64,000 nt of DNA from assembly GCA_045863855.1 (NCBI GenBank), contig BTVV01000019.1:1-64000 (forward strand). Reading direction: 5' to 3'. Of the stretch, positions 59,366 to 64,000 are shown piece by piece; the stretch's first letter is position 1; every line of letters starts with the position of its first letter. The position numbers and the translations under genes are program-made. Below the pieces are notes generated by a model. It searched no databases. It was not told the origin of the DNA and saw nothing but the letters and a program-made list of their open reading frames with translations. The DNA comes from Planctomycetota bacterium (GTDB lineage: Bacteria > Planctomycetota > SZUA-567 > H5-PLA8).

Positions 59366-59505
59366 GCTAAGCGGTCTCACCTAAGTCATTTGCCTTAGAC
59401 TGTGCCGTTTCCCCTCCTTGCCAAGGAAAGGTAGGGCAGGTGGACTCAACAAGCCGCGCGCAATGCGCTTCATTAAAGAAAGAAACTTTTGCGAGACCGC
59501 ATAGC
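59366..59505. mobile_element. MITE-like element, about 140 bp
   Basis: GCTAAGCGGTCTCACCTAAGT (59366-59386) versus the reverse complement of 59485-59505 (GCTATGCGGTCTCGCAAAAGT), 17/21 match. Confidence 0.55.
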
Positions 59506-59819
59506 TACGAGCGTTCGCCCTCCGGCAAGCTTCGCTCCATCCAAGATCGTGCGGGCGGCTCGCACTTGAACGTGCAGACCTCGCAGCGCGGACCGAACGC
59601 GAACGGCGCCGATTGACGCAGCTCGCGTTTTAGATCCGCGGCGGCCACGGGAACGCGCCCATAAAACGCGTTCCCTTCCGTAAAGCCCGAGACCCAGTAA
59701 TACCCGGTTTCCGGACTTGGTTCGATGATGACCAGATTCTCGCGCTGCCGTATCGCCACCGCATAACCAGGCAACGGCACGAATGCGTGCTCGGATTCTA
59801 GTTTCCGTTCCGGTTGCAT
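59505..59819 (-). CDS. Small hypothetical protein (104 aa)
   Basis: ATG 59819 after a GAGAGG purine run; C-terminal CEVC..KC; no recognised family. Confidence 0.45.
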   Translation of the reverse strand: MQPERKLESEHAFVPLPGYAVAIRQRENLVIIEPSPETGYYWVSGFTEGNAFYGRVPVAAADLKRELRQSAPFAFGPRCEVCTFKCEPPARSWMERSLPEGERS

Positions 59820-60033
59820 ATCGCCTGCCTCTCTACAACCACACATAGTGCAAGATACGCGATCAAATCGCAGACTGGCAAGTTTTTGAAACGCGGAGGT
59901 TTCAGACGTTGCAGATAAGAGCACGTAACGGTGTACAAGTGCGTACGAAAGGCGCTCTTCAGACCCTTCCAATGACCGGCAAGACCTTACGCATGAACAA
60001 GAGGCAGGACGCGGCAATCGTGGCCATCGCCTA

Positions 60034-62139
60034 TCAAGGCTTGAACGGCACACGCGTACCGGCCAAGCTCGCTTCGAGCAACTCCTGCGGACCCAGCACG
60101 AACACATCCTGCTCCGCGCCACGCGAAACCGTCACCGCGAAACCCTCGCCCCGCGTTTCCCACGCGACGCCGGTAACCGTGCGCGGCGCATCGCCTTTCA
60201 GCGGCTCCAGCACCGCCGCGAAACGCACCTGTTTCCCCGAGCGCGTCAGCGCCGCCAGCGGCACGCGCTCCTCCACCGATGCGCCTGCGCCATCGCCAAT
60301 CAGAACGCTCGTCTCGGGCTGCGCGTCGAAGAGTGCTTCGGTCGCCACCTCCGCGCCAGAGAAGCGAACCCGAAGCGCTTCGTTCGAACGGCCTGCCTTC
60401 ACCTTGCGCAGGTATTCGGCGCCCGTGTACCCCTTGGGCAGAGCGCCATCCTCCGCCGCCGCCGCGCACTCGGCCTGCGTGCCCCGATGGTGGAACCACC
60501 AGTCGAAGCGCCGCTCCCGGTCCGCGTCCAGCGCGTCAAAGACAAGCAGATACCGCGCCGTCAGCGCCAGCCAGCGCCGCTGCATCACGCCCTTGTACGC
60601 GCTCGCGCACCGCGCTCCGGCCACCGTCACGCCTTCTCCCGACCCGAAACCCAGCAGATCCCCCGCCGCGCCGTCCTGCGACTTTCCGTCCACCACCACG
60701 GCGTTGTGGCTCACCGTCGCGCGGTACCAGTTTCCGTGGATCGGCAGGCGGTAGGCCTGGCTCTTCGCGCGCCCGGGATCGACGCCCAATTCCGCGCCGT
60801 GCCCGAAGAAGACGAAACTCAGCTTATCGAAATGCCCGTGAAAGCCGCCGAACGGGCCGAAGGTCATCACGCCCGCCAACTCGCCCGAACGCAAGATGGC
60901 ATGCCCCGCGCCGGGAAAGACTGCGCTCTCCAGCGCCTGACGTTCGGCCGCTTGTTCCGTATCGCGCCCCAACTGCACCGAAAACCAGCGCGGCTCCTTC
61001 AGCAGCACCGCCAGGATCGCCGGATCGCGGTACGCGTGATACGCCGCCTCCATCCGCTCGTCGCCGTCGACGCGGGTGGTCACGTCGTCCCCGAAGCGCG
61101 GAAGCGTCCCGTCCGGCATCGTGTACCGCACCGGCAGCGTGAACATCTTGCGAAACGCCGGGTGGCTCCAGACATCCACCCCGATCCGACGCGCGCATTC
61201 GGCGATCTGCACCAGCGCCGAAAGCGTATAAAAGTGGTAGCCCCAACTGTTCTCGTACCACATCCCTTCCGCCGTCACCGAATGCTCCATCTGCCAGGCG
61301 AAGCCCTGCCCGTCCTGCGCCAGCGCCTTGCGCACCCACTCCGCGTCGTCCATGGCCGCGCCGCCGCAGATCATCGCGGCGTTGTGCCAGGTCTGCCAAT
61401 TGCTCTTGCCCGCTTTGTGCTTGTCGATGTTCTTCAGCATCGGCAGCAGCAGTCCGTCGCGAATCTGCCCGCGCTCTTCGGCGCTCAACGCGCCGTGCAT
61501 CAAATCGAAGGCCGGCGCGATCCGCGTCGCCATCCACGACGCTTCGCCCAGCGTCTGCTCGTTTAAATGACCGCCCGTCTTCGCCGCCGCCGCGCCTTCC
61601 TTGCAGGCGTTGTCGTGATACGGATAGGTCCGGTACCGTTCGGCGTAACCCAGCAGCACGCGCTTGGCGAACTCCGCGTACTTCGCCTCGCCCGTCACCG
61701 CGTGCGCCCACGCGGCGTCCAGCATCCCGCGCAGATTCGCCTCATGCACCCGGTAAAACACGACGTCGTCGTACGGCGCGCCCGTGTACACCTTCTTGCA
61801 GCGCGGGCACTGGTGGCCGTCCTTCACCTTCACGAGAAAGTGCTGGCACGGCTCGCATTGATACCATTGGTTGTGCTGAGCGCCGCGCGGAGGGAAAACC
61901 AGCTCCGCCGCCAGCGCCTTCTCGGCTTCGTTCACGCGCCAAAGCACCGCCTTGTGCGGCAGTCCCTCGCCCTTCCACGCCGCGCGCAGACGCTCCAGCT
62001 CCTCTGGCGTGCACGCCACGCACGGATGCCGCGGCGGATCGGGCAGCTTGATCTCCGGCATCTTCCACGCCTCCCCCGCTCCGCACGCGCCGGCCAGCAG
62101 CACCACGAACCACCACGCCCCGACCGCACGCCTCGCCAT
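60034..62139 (-). CDS. Heparinase II/III-family polysaccharide lyase (alginate-lyase-like N-domain, PL17-like)
   Basis: Signal peptide; SNWQTWHN, GMWYENSWGYHFY, PDGTLPRFGD, HGHFDKLS, DPG, SHNAVVVDG. Confidence 0.88.
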   Translation of the reverse strand: MARRAVGAWWFVVLLAGACGAGEAWKMPEIKLPDPPRHPCVACTPEELERLRAAWKGEGLPHKAVLWRVNEAEKALAAELVFPPRGAQHNQWYQCEPCQHFLVKVKDGHQCPRCKKVYTGAPYDDVVFYRVHEANLRGMLDAAWAHAVTGEAKYAEFAKRVLLGYAERYRTYPYHDNACKEGAAAAKTGGHLNEQTLGEASWMATRIAPAFDLMHGALSAEERGQIRDGLLLPMLKNIDKHKAGKSNWQTWHNAAMICGGAAMDDAEWVRKALAQDGQGFAWQMEHSVTAEGMWYENSWGYHFYTLSALVQIAECARRIGVDVWSHPAFRKMFTLPVRYTMPDGTLPRFGDDVTTRVDGDERMEAAYHAYRDPAILAVLLKEPRWFSVQLGRDTEQAAERQALESAVFPGAGHAILRSGELAGVMTFGPFGGFHGHFDKLSFVFFGHGAELGVDPGRAKSQAYRLPIHGNWYRATVSHNAVVVDGKSQDGAAGDLLGFGSGEGVTVAGARCASAYKGVMQRRWLALTARYLLVFDALDADRERRFDWWFHHRGTQAECAAAAEDGALPKGYTGAEYLRKVKAGRSNEALRVRFSGAEVATEALFDAQPETSVLIGDGAGASVEERVPLAALTRSGKQVRFAAVLEPLKGDAPRTVTGVAWETRGEGFAVTVSRGAEQDVFVLGPQELLEASLAGTRVPFKP

Positions 62140-62271
62140 AACGGTCCCTCGCCCAAGCGCGCTGCCCGATCCGGTATTGCCTACACCGTGATGGCCAGAC
62201 GATGGTCCGCGCAATGCCCGAACCTGGGCCACGCAACGGCCCGCCGTAAACGCCTCCCGCCCACGGCGAAG

Positions 62272-63333
62272 CTACTCCGACTTCAGCGACGCCATATCGA
62301 TCGAGAAGCGGTACTTCACGTCGGACTTCTCGATCCGCCTCCACGCTTCGTTGACCTTCTGAATGGGAATAACCTCCACATCCGACGTGATGTGGTGCTC
62401 GCCGCAAAAATCGAGCATCTCCTGCGTCTCGGGAAGGCCCCCGATCGGCGATCCCGAAAAGCTGCGCCGTCCGAAGATCAGGCCGAAGACCGCCACCGGC
62501 AGCGGCTTATCCGGTGCGCCGACCATCGTAAGATTTCCGTCGCGTGCCAGGAGGTTGATGTAAGCGTTGATGTCGTGCGGAGCGGCGACGCAGTCGAGAA
62601 TAAAATCGAAGCTGCTCGCGTGCTTCTTCATCGCGCCGGCGTCCTTGGAGATCACCACCTCGTTCGCGCCGAGACGCAAAGCGTCCTCCGTCTTGCCTGG
62701 AGACGTGGTGAAGACCACCGTGTGCGCCCCGAAGGCACGGGCGAACTTGACGCCCATATGACCAAGCCCGCCGAGACCGACGATCCCCACCTTCTTACCC
62801 TTGCCCACCTTCCAATGCCGCATCGGCGAGTAGGTCGTGATCCCCGCGCACAGCAGCGGAGCCGCCGCGGCCAGATTCAGGTTGGACGGGATGCGCAGCA
62901 CGAATCGCTCGTCCACGACGATGCTTTCGGAATAGCCCCCATACGTCACCGGCGCGGTCTGGTGCTTGTCCGGGAATCCGTAGGTAAGGATCTGGTTCGC
63001 GCAGAACTGTTCGAGCCCCGAGCGGCATTGGGGACAACTCTGGTCCGAATCCACCAGACAGCCCACGCCCACAAGATCCCCCGCCTTGAACTTCGTGACC
63101 GCCGAGCCCGCTTTCTGCACCCGGCCGACGATCTCGTGCCCCGGCACGCAGGGGTAAACCGCCGGCAAAAAATCCTTCCATTCGTTGCGCGCGTAATGCA
63201 GGTCGGAGTGGCAGATGCCGCAGAAGAGTATCTCGATCTGAACGTCGCGCTCCGTCGGATCGCGGCGCGGAATCTTCGCGGAAGCCAGCACCGATGTCGC
63301 GCTGGCGGCCGAATAAGCCCTCGTTTGGTACAT
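62272..63333 (-). CDS. Zn/NADPH-dependent alcohol (aldehyde) dehydrogenase, CAD family
   Basis: CGICHSD, PGHEIVG, structural Zn Cys cluster, APLLCAGIT, GLGGLGH, DVKYRF. Confidence 0.95.
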   Translation of the reverse strand: MYQTRAYSAASATSVLASAKIPRRDPTERDVQIEILFCGICHSDLHYARNEWKDFLPAVYPCVPGHEIVGRVQKAGSAVTKFKAGDLVGVGCLVDSDQSCPQCRSGLEQFCANQILTYGFPDKHQTAPVTYGGYSESIVVDERFVLRIPSNLNLAAAAPLLCAGITTYSPMRHWKVGKGKKVGIVGLGGLGHMGVKFARAFGAHTVVFTTSPGKTEDALRLGANEVVISKDAGAMKKHASSFDFILDCVAAPHDINAYINLLARDGNLTMVGAPDKPLPVAVFGLIFGRRSFSGSPIGGLPETQEMLDFCGEHHITSDVEVIPIQKVNEAWRRIEKSDVKYRFSIDMASLKSE

Positions 63334-63356
63334 GGCGATGCTCCTGGGGTTTGGGG

Positions 63357-63755
63357 TTAACGTGCTCCGTACTGCTCGTCCGTAACCTGCTCCAACCACT
63401 CGACGGCCTTGCCCTCGAGCTTCTCGTGAACCGCGAAATGCGTCATGCCCGTCGAAGACGTAGCGCCGTGCCAGTGCTTTTCGCCCGGCGCGAACCAGAT
63501 CACATCCCCCGGCCGGATCTCTTCCACCGGACCGCCCCAGCGCTGCGCCCAGCCGCATCCGGAAGTCACGATCAACGTCTGGCCCAACGGGTGCGTATGC
63601 CAGGCCGTCCGCGCGCCCGGCTCGAACGTAACGCTCGCGCCCGCCGTCCGCGCCGGAGCCGGAGCATCGAACAACCGGTCGATCCGCACCGATCCTTTGA
63701 AGTAAGCCTCCGGCCCCTTCTCCGATGGCTTGGAACCGCAGCGGCTGATCTCCAT
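63357..63755 (-). CDS. Cupin domain protein
   Basis: [20 protein letters not shown]...[18 protein letters not shown]. Confidence 0.93.
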   Translation of the reverse strand: MEISRCGSKPSEKGPEAYFKGSVRIDRLFDAPAPARTAGASVTFEPGARTAWHTHPLGQTLIVTSGCGWAQRWGGPVEEIRPGDVIWFAPGEKHWHGATSSTGMTHFAVHEKLEGKAVEWLEQVTDEQYGAR

Positions 63756-63907
63756 GTATCGTCTCCTTAAAGTGCCGGGAAGCTGGCGCGGTCCGATTGT
63801 ACCGAAAGGCAGGCCGTGAGGAACGGTCTGTCCGCGCAAAGCGTCGGATCGCGCTACGAATCGTTACGTGGCAAGAGGATCGGAAAGCGTCGCACGGTGA
63901 GGAAAAA

Positions 63908-63984
63908 TGGTGGGCGATACAGGATTCGAACCTGTGACCCCCAGCTTGTCGAGCTGGTGCTCTAGCCAGCTGAGCTAATCGCCC
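63908..63984 (-). tRNA. tRNA-Val(GAC)
   Basis: GGGCGAT acceptor stem, TAGCTCAGCTGG D arm, anticodon arm CCAGC-TCGACAA-GCTGG, GGTTCGAATCC T arm, A73 and encoded CCA. Confidence 0.93.
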
Positions 63985-64000
63985 GTGCGAAAGGGAGCCT

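Noticed and set aside
59326..59375. Possible c-di-GMP-I riboswitch (GAAA...GCAAAGCC...CTAAG)
   Set aside because: Wrong strand relative to the adjacent MFS gene, lacks the full P1/P2 pairing, and overlaps the MITE-like end.
63908..63984. tRNA-Ser(CGA) reading of the TCGA loop, or tRNA as an integration site
   Set aside because: Centred anticodon is GAC, the variable arm is short and the discriminator is A73 (Val); no integrase or duplicated tRNA 3' end was seen.

Overview
High-GC bacterial chromosome segment. The gene content (PA14/HEAT lipoprotein, FG-GAP proteins, membrane Ser/Thr kinase, many secreted glycan-active proteins) suggests a Planctomycetota/PVC-type organism; this is an inference. 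About 50 CDSs are present: housekeeping genes (ligA, prfC, RsmB-family methyltransferase, U32 hydroxylase), several regulator-plus-catabolic modules, and a tRNA-Val(GAC) at the right end. Main highlights: (1) a co-oriented cluster at 30.9-41.7 kb joining a PspA/IM30 (bacterial ESCRT-III-like) protein, a classical-clade AAA+ ATPase, two unknown coiled-coil proteins, an ABC permease/ATPase and a membrane-anchored substrate-binding protein fused to an OmpA-like domain, a candidate envelope-remodelling system; (2) a membrane-anchored peroxiredoxin-like selenoprotein (UxxC, in-frame TGA 11568-11570, SECIS-like hairpin) that the ORF track splits in two; (3) two MITE-like elements, a dispersed heptamer repeat family, a shared AraC-type promoter motif, and a tRNA with C33 in place of U33. 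All calls come from motif recognition by eye; no database searches were run.
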